A DNA stretch of 63,174 nucleotides, filler included, from Octopus bimaculoides (Eukaryota): the NCBI RefSeq assembly GCF_001194135.2. It is 4 parts of 3 records of this genome, joined end to end, with 100 filler letters (N's around TTAATTAATTAA, not from the genome) between each part and the next. Parts side by side here need not be neighbours in the genome. Positions count along the whole stretch, not along the records: positions 1 to 13,014 come from NC_068986.1; positions 13,115 to 35,339 come from NC_068986.1; 2 more parts are not named here. One strand, 5' to 3'. Under the pieces are notes generated by a model. That model saw only the letters and a program-made list of their open reading frames with translations, made no database searches and had not been told where the DNA came from. A program made the translations under genes and the position numbers. Position 1 is the first letter of the stretch, and each line of letters opens with the position of its first letter. Below, piece by piece: positions 11,700-23,689 of this stretch.

Positions 11700-12849
11700 T
11701 TATATGTTAATACTATACCTGTCATAATTCTTCCCTATATTCATCTGTTTGTATCGTTCTCTCTCTGTTTGTTTCTCTTTTATATGCATACATTATACAC
11801 ACATACATACGCAATACAAACATACATACATTCAACATATATGTACGTATTTATGTATATAAGTATGTATATGCATATGTGTATGCGTTTATGTATGTAT
11901 ATGTATACGTGCATGTACTATGAATATAAGTATGTATATGTATAAGTGTACGTATTTGTGTATATGAGTATGTATATGCATTTGTGTGTGTGCGTGTGTG
12001 TGTGTGTGGCCGTATATGCATATGTGCGCGTAAGCGTTTGCCGTTTGTATTTAGATTCAGATGCACAGACAGCTCAGGCGCTGTTCAATGGAATGTGAAA
12101 GAACTCCTACCGAGTATTTCCACGCTTAAAAAGAGTCTTGGCTCGTTGTGGGCGGTGTTACGTTCGCAGTCTCAGAATGTCTCTTACTATATTATGCATG
12201 AATTAGAAAATAAAGAGAGGCTGGCTTGACATAAATTAAATAGCGTTAGTTAGTTTAGTTATCACAAGATGGAGGATAAGTTCATGTGAGTAAAGCTTAA
12301 TTTATTTTTATTTGTGATTAGACATGGCAGTGCGGTTAAAAAGCTCGCGTTGAGGCCACGTGGTTCCAGGTTCGGTCCCACTGTACCACACATAGAGCAA
12401 GTGTATTCTATTATAACTCCGGACCGACCAATGCCTTGTTAGTGTATTTAGTAGACGGAAACTGAGTGGAATCCTGTCAAATATATATCACGGAACCATG
12501 GGGTTGGGAAGTAAACTTCATACCACATAGCTACGCCTATTTATACAGTAAACTAAAACAGACGAAAGGATATTTCAGGGCATCACGACACGTGTTTCAT
12601 TAACGTGTTTATTCCGAATACGAACACAAATGCATAGGTAACATTATGTAATTTCGTACTGTTACACAACCGCCATTTCTTCATATGGTATTCTGCCGGA
12701 TATTTTCCAGTGATGCCTCGCCAATGATTTTGACAAATAACTTTGTGGAAGTTTAGCAATTTTGAGAGAGCGGATCAGTTTATAACATCGACACCAGTAC
12801 TTAACTGGTATTTCATACTTCGAACATGAAATGATGAATGGCAAATATG

Positions 12850-12850
<1 letters not shown>

Positions 12851-12905
<55 letters not shown>

Positions 12906-12915
12906 TGAGGGTAGT

Positions 12916-12951
<36 letters not shown>

Positions 12952-13014
12952 CAGCAGCAGCAGCAGCAACAGCAGTAGCGGCAGCAGTAGTAGTAATAGT
13001 GGCGGTGGTTGTGG
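12851..13014. repeat. Compound trinucleotide tract (TAG)n > (CAG)n > (TGG)n; a similar (TAG)n lies at 54842-54944
   Basis: Direct reading. Confidence 0.95.
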
Positions 13015-13114
13015 NNNNNNNNNNNNNNNNNNNNNNNNNNNNNNNNNNNNNNNNNNNNTTAATTAATTAANNNNNNNNNNNNNNNNNNNNNNNNNNNNNN
13101 NNNNNNNNNNNNNN
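13015..13114. other. Scaffolding pad 44N-TTAATTAATTAA-44N (also 35340-35439 and 59421-59520)
   Basis: An identical 12-mer is centred in an exactly 100-nt pad three times. It encodes stops in all six frames and is an assembly artefact. Confidence 0.97.
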
Positions 13115-13270
13115 TCTTCTTTCAGTACAGTACTTCTTTCAGTACAGTACTTCTTTCAGTACAGTCTTCTTTCAGTACAGTACTTCTTTCAGTACAGTCT
13201 TCTTTCAGTACAGTACTTCTTTCAGTACAGTCTTCTTTCAGTACAGTCTTCTTTCAGTACACTCTTCTTT
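13115..13270 (+). repeat. 16/18-bp minisatellite (T[AC]CTTCTTTCAGTACAG variants), ~9 copies
   Basis: Units tcttctttcagtacag and tacttctttcagtacag alternate. The array is contiguous with the RTE LINE to its right. Confidence 0.9.
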
Positions 13271-14145
13271 CTTGCATATTACATCCGATTCTTATTCCTC
13301 CTTTTTCTCTCAACACATTCTTACTGTGTCATTCATGCACACTGACATCGCACATCCAATGGAGCATGCTCACCGCATTTCTTTCCAGTTTTCTCTGGTC
13401 CTCTGCATTTAAGATCCTTGTCTCAATACTATGCAGCATCACAATTCTAACTTAAGCATCATGCAATATGCCCTTCACTCTGAAGGATAAAACCTTTGTG
13501 CTGGCATAAGTAGTAGAAGCTTATTGAATGTTTTCCCACTTGTTCTTACCCTAATCACTAAGATTTCAGTGCAACCACCTCCTCTGCTAATTGCATCTCC
13601 AAAGTAACAAAGACTATCAACTGCTTCTAATGAGCTATTCATGCATTTAAGAGAATGTATTTCTGTAGTGCTCATAGCATGTAATATACTCTAATGCCCC
13701 TATGACATATGAAGCTTACTTTCTCTGCTATTCTACCTTTGATTCCACTACAGCTCTTGTTTTTCCATAGCTTACATTAGTACATTAGGTACAATGCATG
13801 GAGTTTATATCTACTTCTTTTCTGCATATTGAGCAGGACCATTTCCCTGAATACACTAGGATCTTACGTTCATTCCTACTTACCAAAATTCAATCCTTGC
13901 TAACTTTATCTTGAGGCTTCTGAATTCTAGATTTTATTTCCATTATCTGAAATATCCTCTCTGGTTCCTGTATAGATTTATCAAAGAGGACTTGATCATC
14001 AGCATATAAGAGTTCCCATGGACACCCAGCCCTAATCTCCTTTGTGATGGCCTGTATGAGTATGATGAATAAAAAAAGCTAAAGAATGAACCTTGATGAA
14101 CTCCTACTTGTATGTTAAATTTGTCACTGAAAGAACTGCATTCAA
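13270..14145 (-). mobile_element. RTE-clade LINE, decayed 3' half (RT core to C-terminal region)
   Basis: Minus frames give SDKFNIQVGVHQGS...FIILIQAITKEIR.GCPWELLYADDQV (YADD at 13995-14006) and later MLHSIETRILNAEDQRKLERNAVSMLHWMCDVSVHE. Several stops and frameshifts. Confidence 0.88.
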
Positions 14146-14505
14146 TAAATCAAAATATGTTTACAGCAGAAGTAACTTTTTTACTGACTGAAGGCTTTAG
14201 TTAATCAGTTATTATCTTACATCCTTTTTACTTGTGTCAGTCATTGGACTGTGGTCATTCTGGAGCACTGCCTTGTAGAATTTTAGTTGAATGAATTGAC
14301 CCCAGTACATATTTTTTAAAGCCTGGTACTTATACTATTGAGATCTTTTTGCTGAACTGTATGGTCATAGGGATGTAAACACACCAGCATCAGTTGTCAA
14401 GTGGTGGTGGGGGACAAACACAGACATACACATACCCTGCATGTATGCATGTGGTATTTGCCCAGATAATATGTCCCTCCAAATAAACTTATATATATAT
14501 ATATA

Positions 14506-15367
14506 CAGGGTGTGGTGAATAAACTGTCGTCTAAATTACATGAAAATGAATATAACACTGACATCTCATTTTAAATATATTTACCAAAATTACATACAAA
14601 TATGTTGAAATACTAAAGAGTAACTTTATTCAAAAAATCGCCATTAGCTTCAGCCACAGACTCCAGATGACTTCGGAATCTCCTGCAACTCTTCTAAATG
14701 GTCTCCTTGTTTAAGTTGAGGAATGCTGCCATAATCCTTGCATTCAGTTCAATTTGGTGTTACAAGGAGTTTTGTTGGTCTCTCACTCAACTGCACCCCA
14801 CACATAATAATGAGGGGAGTTACAGTCTGGGGGTGTTAGGTGGCCAGATGTTGGGAGTGATGTGGTTGCAGAAATTGTCTGACAGCCATGACTGGGTTCT
14901 CCTGCTTGTGTGGCATGGTACAGAGTCCGCTTGCCAGACATAGGATGTTCCAGCAGCCACCCTCTTGACCCAGGGCAGCATTACCACCTCCAGGCACTTG
15001 ATGTAGGCCTCGGTGTTGTGTGCAGGGCTGTGTGGGAAGATGGTTGGAGTCATAACGTCACCATCACTAGTGATCACTCCAAACACCATGATGTTGACTG
15101 GATGATTTTATCACTATCAGTACATGTCCTCCAACTACACTGTCCTCAGACTGACACCCACACACTCTGAAATGTTCATATTGGAGCTTCCGGCATGAAT
15201 GCCAAGTAGTACAGCATGTTATTTCCAAATTTCTGGCAGAGTGAATTGTATCATGGTGTTGATACAGACGGTGCCCAACTGACCCTACGATGCTGTGTAG
15301 TCAACAAAATCACAAACAAACAATGTGCATGCTTGGAATTAAGAATATAAAATGGCGACAATTTACC
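14506..15367 (-). mobile_element. Tc1/mariner DD37D (maT-like) element, internally deleted
   Basis: TA+cagggtgtggtgaataaactgtcgtc TIR at 14506, with a partial opposite TIR (ggcgacaatttacc) running into the gap. Transposase remnant MVFGVITSDGDVM...YVWQADSVPCHTS...NIWPPN; the spacing from the QxD aspartate to the expected NPLD is ~37. Confidence 0.85.
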
Positions 15368-15569
15368 NNNNNNNNNNNNNNNNNNNNNNNNNNNNNNNNN
15401 NNNNNNNNNNNNNNNNNNNNNNNNNNNNNNNNNNNNNNNNNNNNNNNNNNNNNNNNNNNNNNNNNNNNNNNNNNNNNNNNNNNNNNNNNNNNNNNNNNNN
15501 NNNNNNNNNNNNNNNNNNNNNNNNNNNNNNNNNNNNNNNNNNNNNNNNNNNNNNNNNNATATATTTGTC

Positions 15570-15820
15570 GCCCTTTCAAAGCCTATGGCGTATGTGTTTC
15601 CCCCCAGCTGGACGGGATGCCAGTCCATCGCAGCGTTACTCAAGAAACAGGAAGAAAGAGTGAGAAAGAGTGAGAGAAAGTGGGGACGAAAGAGTACAAC
15701 AAGGGTTGCCACCACCCCCTGCCGGAGCCTCGTGGAGCTTAGGTGTTTTGCTCAATAAACACACACAATGCCTTCCGACCGCGAGTCCGCTGCCCTAACC
15801 ACCGGGCCATTGCGTCTCCA
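15570..15820 (-). mobile_element. tRNA-derived SINE (distinct family)
   Basis: The minus strand begins gtggagacgcaatggcccggtggttagggcagcggactcgcggtcg, a tRNA-like A-box head. It is CpG-rich relative to its surroundings. Confidence 0.6.
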
Positions 15821-16179
15821 CATATATATATATATATACAAGTGAAAAGTATTTCATCTATTGACGCCATGACAGGAGGGAAAACAATCAAGTATATTCA
15901 AGCCAATGAAGAAGCCTCTCAGTGGCCATGTGACTTGCCATAAATAGCAACCAAATATATCCTCAAATCTCACCCTGCTGACTTGAAATAGAAGGACACA
16001 TTATATAATGTAGTCATGGATGCACATTGCTTATAAATAAGAGTTGTGATGGTCATGGCTGGAATGTCAATGTTCTATCAGTGCTAACTTAGAATTAAAC
16101 TTCACAATATTGTTAATTGAATCACTACAGAAATATTAGTTTTCAGTGGATGTCAGCAATTACATTACTATGCTGTGTT

Positions 16180-16523
16180 AATTACACTAAGTCATTAATT
16201 GTGTCACTTGTAAGTAGGTTAATTACTTAAGTCAGCAACTGTGTCACTTGATGAAGATTGATTACTTTAGGTTGTTAACTGTGTCACTGGAAGAATATTT
16301 TAATGACTTTAGCTTGTTAACTGTGTTAATTGTTTTAAGTTGTAAACTGTGTCACTAGGTTGTTACCTGTGTTACTAGTGAGAACGTTAATAACTTTGAA
16401 CTGTGTTCATTACTTTAGGTCATTAACTGTATCATTTGAAGGTTAATTACTTAAGGTCATTAATTGTGTTACATGTACAAAGGTTAATTACTTCAAGTCA
16501 TTAACCGTGTCATTTGTGAATCT
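16180..16523. repeat. Degenerate ~40-bp minisatellite (~10 units, consensus ~AATTACTTTAGGTCATTAACTGTGTCACTTG...GGTT)
   Basis: aattac(t)tta.gtcattaa(c/t)tgtgtcac recurs at 20-41-bp spacing. Confidence 0.8.
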
Positions 16524-17435
16524 AGTTTCTATGAAATTTTATTTCCATAGTCACAGAATGAACACTGTGTGCAGCAATTCTGTCTACATAATTAGCACTT
16601 ATATATAATTATGTGGGAGGTGAGGATTGAAATTAGCTTAATAAATGTGACTCGTAAAACATTTTAGTGATTTATGGTTCTGGATTTGTTTTTCCAGTGT
16701 CTACATTAGACTAAAATAGCTACTAACATTATACGAACCACATAATTTCAGGTACATAACATAGACTTACACAGTTAATACTGTTCTCTCCACCCACCAC
16801 CACCACTGACCCACAAAATTATCTCTCCTCATGCACGACACTGCCTCTCTCCCCACTCTTGCGGCATTCCCCAACCACATAATTTCTCTCTTATCTGCCC
16901 CTATCAATTGTACCAGCATTACTACCCTGTTGCCTTCTTCCTGCTTTCCTTTGCATCCCTCTTCTTCCCCACCTTGTGCGTCATTGGTCATCTCCATCCT
17001 TATAATGACTTCATCCCCTATCCCATCTTCTTTTGCTGTAAAGTTGATTTAATTTACTGTAATACAATGTATAATACACCTTAAATTCTAGGGCATGTGA
17101 CACTGATGAGAGCCACTAAATCAAAATAGCAGCTATATATGAATGTTAAGGAGTCTATGATTTAAAGAAAAAGCAAAAGAAAATTGAATCAAATAAATGC
17201 ATCACGATAATATAATTTCTTTCTTTCACTTCACTAATGAAAACAAAAATGGATTTTTGTTAAGAATCTAAGAATCTCTCTCTTGTCATACAGAACAACC
17301 AATCACCTGAGAAGTTTACTTCTCAACCACGTGATTCAGGGTTCAGTCCAACTGCATGGAACTTAGAGCAAGTGACTTCTACTATAGCTCTTTGTAGATG
17401 GAAACTGAAAGAAGCCCATTAAGTATGTGTGCATA

Positions 17436-17482
<47 letters not shown>

Positions 17483-17929
17483 ATGCATATTTGTGTTTGT
17501 CCCCCACACTGCTTGACAGCTGGTGTTGGTTTGTGTACATCCCTGTAACTTAATGGTTTGGCACAAAAGGCTGATACAATAAGTACCAGGCTTAACAAAA
17601 AAATCTTAATCACTGGAGTCAATCTGTTCAGCTAAACCCGCCAAGGTGTTGCTCCAGCTTGGCTGCAGTCCGATGACTGAAACAAGTAAAAGATAAAATA
17701 TAATTTCCTTTCTGTGATAGTATAAATCATTATAAGATGGTAAATTAGTGTAGCATTCTGTGAAAGATAGTTTAATTATAAATGTTTTAGCTCCAAAGCA
17801 CTGATAGATCATTGACAGATCAATCAAGCAATAAACTGTAATTAGATCAATATCTTAGCAGATCTGTCTGTTATAGACCTGTCATTGGCTAAAGTATTTC
17901 ATGCCAAACATATTATAATTTAACTAATT

Positions 17930-18091
17930 GACTCACATGAATTTTCTTAATTGCTATTTAAAAGTGACAGTTTTACCAATATGCAGTACATATTTTCCTG
18001 GCATCCATGCCCCAGTATTTTCCCAGTCTTCAGAGTTATCTCGGAACTCATGAAAGAAAAGTTTTATATTACTGAGAATTTATGAAACAAA
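17930..18091 (+). repeat. ~160-bp direct repeat, copy 1 (copy 2 at 19399-19550), flanking the mariner
   Basis: The two copies align with ~15 substitutions and 3 small indels, counted by eye. Confidence 0.92.
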
Positions 18092-18093
18092 TA

Positions 18094-19398
18094 TCAGGTC
18101 ATTAAGAATGAAATGTCCGATTCTCTTATACACCAAGTTTGACAGTCATTAACTCTAATATTTTATCCTGACAATTCTTTATTTTACAATATTGAAGAGT
18201 TACATCACTTTTCGAAATGCAGTTCATGATGTCTGATTATATTGTTAGTTTTCTCTTGTGGAAATTAATTTTTTTTAACCCATGGATAGATAAAAAATTT
18301 GTGTTGTTTATGAATATGAGCTCTGTTGTGGAACCACTGCATCCCAGACAGCTCAAAACATCAATGTGTTTGGTGAAAATGTGGCAAATGAGCATACTGT
18401 ATGTTGATGGCTTGAGAAGTTCCAGTCTGGTGACTTTATTCTTGAAGATCAGCCCCGTGGTAGACCCGAGACCAAGGTGGATAATGATGAGCTCCAAGGT
18501 GGATAATGATGAGCTCCAAGGTGGATAATGATGAGCTCCAAGGTGGATAATGATGAGCTAGATACTTTAGTGGAAGTGGATACATCTCAAACTATGTGTG
18601 AGATAGCAACAAGGTTTGATGTTTCAATTCCAACTGTATTGGACCATCTGAAACAAATTGGCAAGGTAAAGAAGCTGGACAAGTAGGTACCACATAAACT
18701 GAACAAGTAGCAAATGACACATTGTCTTTAAACTTGCTGTTCTTTGCTGTCGTGGCATAAAACTGAACCATTTTTGCATCGTATTGTTATGTGAGATGAA
18801 ATATGGATTCTTTTCAATAATAGCAAGCATTATGCACAGTGGTTGGATAGAGATGAAGTACTAAAACAGTCCAAAAAGGAATTTTCACCCCAAAAAAGCT
18901 AATGGTGTCTGTTTGGTGGTCCAGTGCTGGTGTCATCCACTACAACTTCATGAGTCCTGGTAAGTCAATTACAGTGGATGTATATATCAACCAATTGGAT
19001 GAAATGATGAGTGAACTTGCCATTAAATGACTGAGATTGGTCAAGAGAGACAAGCCAGTTCTCTTGCAAGACAATGCTTGACCACATGTTGCACAAAGAA
19101 CACTACTTAAGTTACAGGAACTGAACTTAGAAGTACTCTGTCATCCACCATATTCACCAGACCTTGCACCAACAAACTATCACATTATCCAGGCATTAGA
19201 CAATATTTTGCAAGGAAAAACTTAAAATCTGAAGATGATGCAAAAACAGCCCTTCGTGATTTCATCACCTCTCCAGAGTTCTTTGCTATCAAAATAAATA
19301 AGCTACCAATAAAATGGCAAAATTGTGTTGATAATTTAGGTGCATTGCTTTTTCTTGAGATAAAATAACGTAAACTTTCAATTCAAAATCAGACATTT
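18094..19398 (+). mobile_element. Mariner (DD34D, Hsmar1/cecropia-like) transposon, pseudogenised
   Basis: TA+tcaggtcattaagaatgaaatgtccgatt left TIR; the right TIR is truncated (aatcagacattt). Remnant motifs: TTASQTAQNINVFGENVANEHTV..LEKFQSGDFILEDQPRGRPETKVDNDEL, FLHRIVM*DEIWILFNN, LLQDNA*PHVA, LCHPPYSPDLAPTNYH. Confidence 0.92.
18472..18559 (+). repeat. Perfect 22-bp tandem repeat x4 (CCAAGGTGGATAATGATGAGCT) inside the mariner ORF
   Basis: Four identical copies read directly. Confidence 0.97.
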
Positions 19399-21364
19399 GA
19401 CTCATGAATTTTCTTAATTACTATTTAAAAGTGACAATTTTACAAATATGCAATACATTTCCCTGGCATCCATTCCCCTGTATTTTCCCAGGTTTCAGAA
19501 TTATTTTGGGACTCATGAAAGAAAAGCTTTATGAGAATGTATGAAACAAAGGCTAACTAAAACTCTGAAAACAAACATGGACAATGCACTACAAGTCTGG
19601 GAATTGAAACGACAATCTTCCAGTTGTGAGTGGAACACCTAACCACTTGGCCACATGCTTTTACCTTATTAATTAATCCATGAAAAATAATATTTCCATT
19701 AAAAACTAACCATTAAAAGATAGCTTTCACATTTAAGATTAACCCTGACAAAATAACTTCCACATTTAAGTTTAATACTTAAAAACATAACTTCCCCATT
19801 TAAAATTAACTCTTAAGAAATACTCTCATTTAGAATTGATGAAACTGGCTTGAGTTATGTAGCAGAATATTTGAACTTGATGATATAAAGTCCTTGGTCC
19901 AGTTATTTGAAATGTCACATTTTATCAACCATAAATAATAAAAGTTGTGCAGTGGGTAATTGTCACCTTTCTTAGAAACTAAATGTATTTTTGGTTTTGA
20001 GGCAAAAATGGACTAAATATTCTATAAGCATTATTACCTTACCCTCAGAAGGAAGAAATAGATGTAGAAATTGTAATAAACTCTCTCTTTTTCCCCACTT
20101 TCTCTATGTCTTTCTCTTTCTTTCTCTGAGGAACAGTATCATTGTCACTAGATTCTGGTTAAACATGAAGATTATACTTTTAAGTAGGAAAAAGTATGGA
20201 AATATTCTAAAGAGGGTAGAGTAATACCAAATTAAATATTTCAGTCACTGAACTAAACTGATCAAATATTTCTCAGATATCTGATTTAAAAAAAAAATTT
20301 TTTATCCAACGAGGATAAAATTTTCTCAATATATCATTATCAAAACAAGTTTAGAAATTACACTTGACATGTATGTATGTGTTGGTGCATTAGTGTGTCT
20401 GTATCTGTATTGGTGTGTCTGTGTATACATTGATGTGTGTATGTGTTGGTATGTGTGCGCACTTGTGTATGTGTGTGTGTTGCTGAGTGTGTCTGTGTGT
20501 TGCAGTAGTTATTTCAGAAAGTCTATTCATATAAAGCATGGGAACCGAATGAATGAATGAATGAATGAATGAATGAATGAATGAATGAATTGAAGAAGTA
20601 ATATAATACAGGTGATGGCAGAGTCTATGTAAAAATATCTACAGCAAGGTAAGATTACCAACTTACATTAAACAAGCCAGAACATATCCTTCCATTTGTG
20701 TTTGGCCAGTGAAGCAAGTGAAAGCTGAATGTCATCATGGAAATTGAAATATTTGATTCCATTGTTAGAAGCACTTACATAAGAAGTGGTTGAGGAATTT
20801 AAAGTGCTAGCAAAAAAAAATATAGATCTATAAAAATAAAATAATATTTAAAAAAAATCGCTGTCTTGCACCCCTTTTTCATTTTGCTTAGAACTCCTCT
20901 GCAAAACAAACCTTCAAAAACATTTTAAAATTTCTACTGACCTACATCTTATATGTCACTCTGTCAAAAAAAAAAAAGAAGAAAAAAACACAACAAAATT
21001 CTACCAGTGACAAGGAAACAGTACAGTAGATTGAGATGGAAAGAAACTAGAGAATCATGTTTAAAATAAGTTGTGTTATTTGAAAAAATTATAAGAAGTA
21101 TGTTATATTACTGGGTTTAAGCAACTCTTGCTTTGCCTTTCATAAAGAAATCTTATATATTTTACTCTTGTGGAAACTACATGCTGTAAACTTGAGGTAA
21201 GAAACTAGTTATACATTTGCTTCAGTTTTCATAAATATTGTATGTATACATGTAGTGTTACATTAGAAGCAACTTCTTTAATACATGCCAGCTTTTTGCT
21301 CATTCATATAGACAATGGATGTAGACTTCAAAAGACAGCTATACATGCAAATTAATTAATTTAA

Positions 21365-21590
21365 CTCTTTAGCATTCAGGTTACTTTCTCAAATGTAATG
21401 CTTTATTATTTTTTTTCAAATTGTTTTGAATTAATCATGCATTATCTCATAGTTTTGAGATTTTGATGATGTGATTGTTTATTTTTACAATGACATTGTT
21501 GGGTAAGTGTGAGGAGCCAGATCTGGTCAGTTTGAACATAAAATAGGTAGAATATTTTGGCCAAATGTGGCCTATTTAAATGCTAGAGGG
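21365..21590. mobile_element. piggyBac-like MITE with TTAA flanks; second decayed copy ~21815-22038
   Basis: TTAA|ctctttagcatt...aatgctagaggg|TTAA. The internal ttcaaattgttttgaattaatcatgcatta...gccagatctggtcagtttgaacataaaa is shared by both copies. Confidence 0.72.
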
Positions 21591-22939
21591 TTAATGTTGA
21601 TTTTCTTTCTCTAAAACCTGTAAACACTTCCAAAAATTGTTATTGTTATTTAGCTCTACATCAACCCTGATAGAACAGACCTGTAACCTTAGTCACTGTG
21701 CATACAGAATTGTACGTCACATGACCTTCTCCTTAGTAGAATGCGATGGAAGGATCTGTTAGTGTTTGATCCAGAAATAACTGCTGTTTCACTCACTAGA
21801 ATCACACTAGCATCTTAACCATTATTCAAATTACTCTGTCATATGCAATGCTTATTTATTCAAATTGTTTTGAATTAATCATGCATTATTTCATAGTTTT
21901 GAGATTTCATTGATGTGATTGTTTACTTTTAGAATGACATTGTGGGATAGTTGTAAGAAGCCAGATCTGGTCAGTTTGAACATAAAACAGATAGAATATT
22001 TGGACACAATATGGCTGGTTTAAATGCTTAAGGGTGAAATTTTTTTTTTAAAATTATAAACTATTAAACTATGGAAACCATGTTTTGACCAGTCTTCTGT
22101 AATGAGGTTTACACATTCAGTTTCAAGGACGTATTCCACAATATCTTCTTATAAGAAGTGAAAGTAGACAGGTAAACGATATTTGGATTTCTTATCCCAT
22201 TGAAGACATCATTCACTTTTGATATGTTTATTGAGGTAGATATTTCTAAACTGATAAGGACAGCACTAGCTATTTTCAGAAAACTTCCTTGGTAAGTGTA
22301 GGAGTCTGTGATCTTATGCACAAAGAATAATTGTATTATTGCTCATGCCAATATATGTGCTTGTAATTTAAACACTGTTTAAATAAATCCTTGAAATGAA
22401 GTGTAAGGCAATAAAGAAATACACAAAATATTGTTCAAAACCTGGTTACAGGAACATGATTTTTAACTTACTTTTACAGATAAAGGAGAAATGTCTTGGT
22501 TTCAGAATAAAGCATCTAACATTAAACTAATCAATCTCAGACACGTACAATAAAATCATGCATTTGTATGTGTGTATCTATGTATCAGTATCTATCTAGC
22601 TACTTATTCTTCAGTGTGTAGGTATATGTATTCAGTGTGTAGATATATTTATAAGTGGATATATGACTGCATATATGTGTGTATGGAGTGATGCTAGATA
22701 TTGTATTGTAAAAAGCATAAGACCTGATGTTTGAGGTGTGAAGCTTATGATTGTAAAATTATGGGTTGAATTCATTTTGTTCCAGTCTACTCAGTTGAAA
22801 TGAGTGCCTCTATTCTTTCTCTCCTCTCTCTCTCTCTCTTTCTCTTTCTGGTGTGCACTTCCACTTTTTTGATGTTCCACTGGATTACCACTGTATCACC
22901 TTACAACCTTCTTTCCATAACTCTCATTTCTTCATCACA

Positions 22940-22974
<35 letters not shown>

Positions 22975-23269
22975 ATTGCTACCCAATGTCTCCTCTTGCC
23001 CTTATCGCCTTACACAATCTAAGACCTCCAGAATGCCCTCTCTCATCTTTTTTCCCCTCACTGTACTCTCTGTACCTCACACTTTGTTTCCACCTTACTC
23101 CTCTCTCACACCATCCTCTCTCTGCTACCTTCCATTTGAGACCTCTTCACAGCTTCTCCATTCAAGATGCTTTTGCAGCATTCAGACTCATCTCTTCCTC
23201 TTCCTCTTACTACTATAGTACTCTTCAGTGTCTCTTTCCCTTACTGCTCTCATCCTCTGTCTCATTTTG

Positions 23270-23410
23270 CTCAGAATTACTAAAGCATGGAATAAACTAC
23301 CCACATCAGTTGTTAGCTGTCAGGACACTACATTCCTCACAAATTCCATGCTTCCTGAAATTCGCCAGCATACACCAGACACCACTCACCCTGTTATTTT
23401 TTAAAGACTT
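23270..23410 (+). mobile_element. CR1-type LINE 3' end remnant
   Basis: Reads ...RITKAWNKLPTSVVSCQDTTFL..., resembling the conserved RVVxxWNxLPxxVV end of CR1/L2-group ORF2. Confidence 0.6.
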
Positions 23411-23689
23411 ACTCACTGTTCACTTTCTGTGTATATTCTATGCCCTGTTCATGTTGTTTTGGTTACTTTTTCTGATGAGTTACCATGTACCTGAGCATTG
23501 TATACAATAAGTTCATCATTATTATTTTTTCATATTTTCTCTCACTACCCTCTCCTACAATTTCTCTGCCTCCCCAACACCCCTTCTGATCTTTCTCTCC
23601 TCTGATCTACCTTCGTGATTTCCCCAGTATCTGTCTTTCCTTCAACAGTCTGTTCTCCCCACTGACCCCTTTCCATGATATTTTCCATA

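Noticed and set aside
11265-12066. [12 protein letters not shown] ORFs (also 43019-43650 and 47056-47549)
   Set aside because: Dinucleotide-repeat translations.
13059-13070. TTAATTAATTAA islands inside N runs (also 35384-35395 and 59465-59476) as a biological motif
   Set aside because: Identical 12-mer centred in exactly 44N+12+44N pads, with stops in six frames; a scaffolding spacer.
13115-13270. CRISPR-like array (also considered for 16180-16523 and 18472-18559)
   Set aside because: Head-to-tail tandem units without unique spacers, eukaryotic context, no cas genes.
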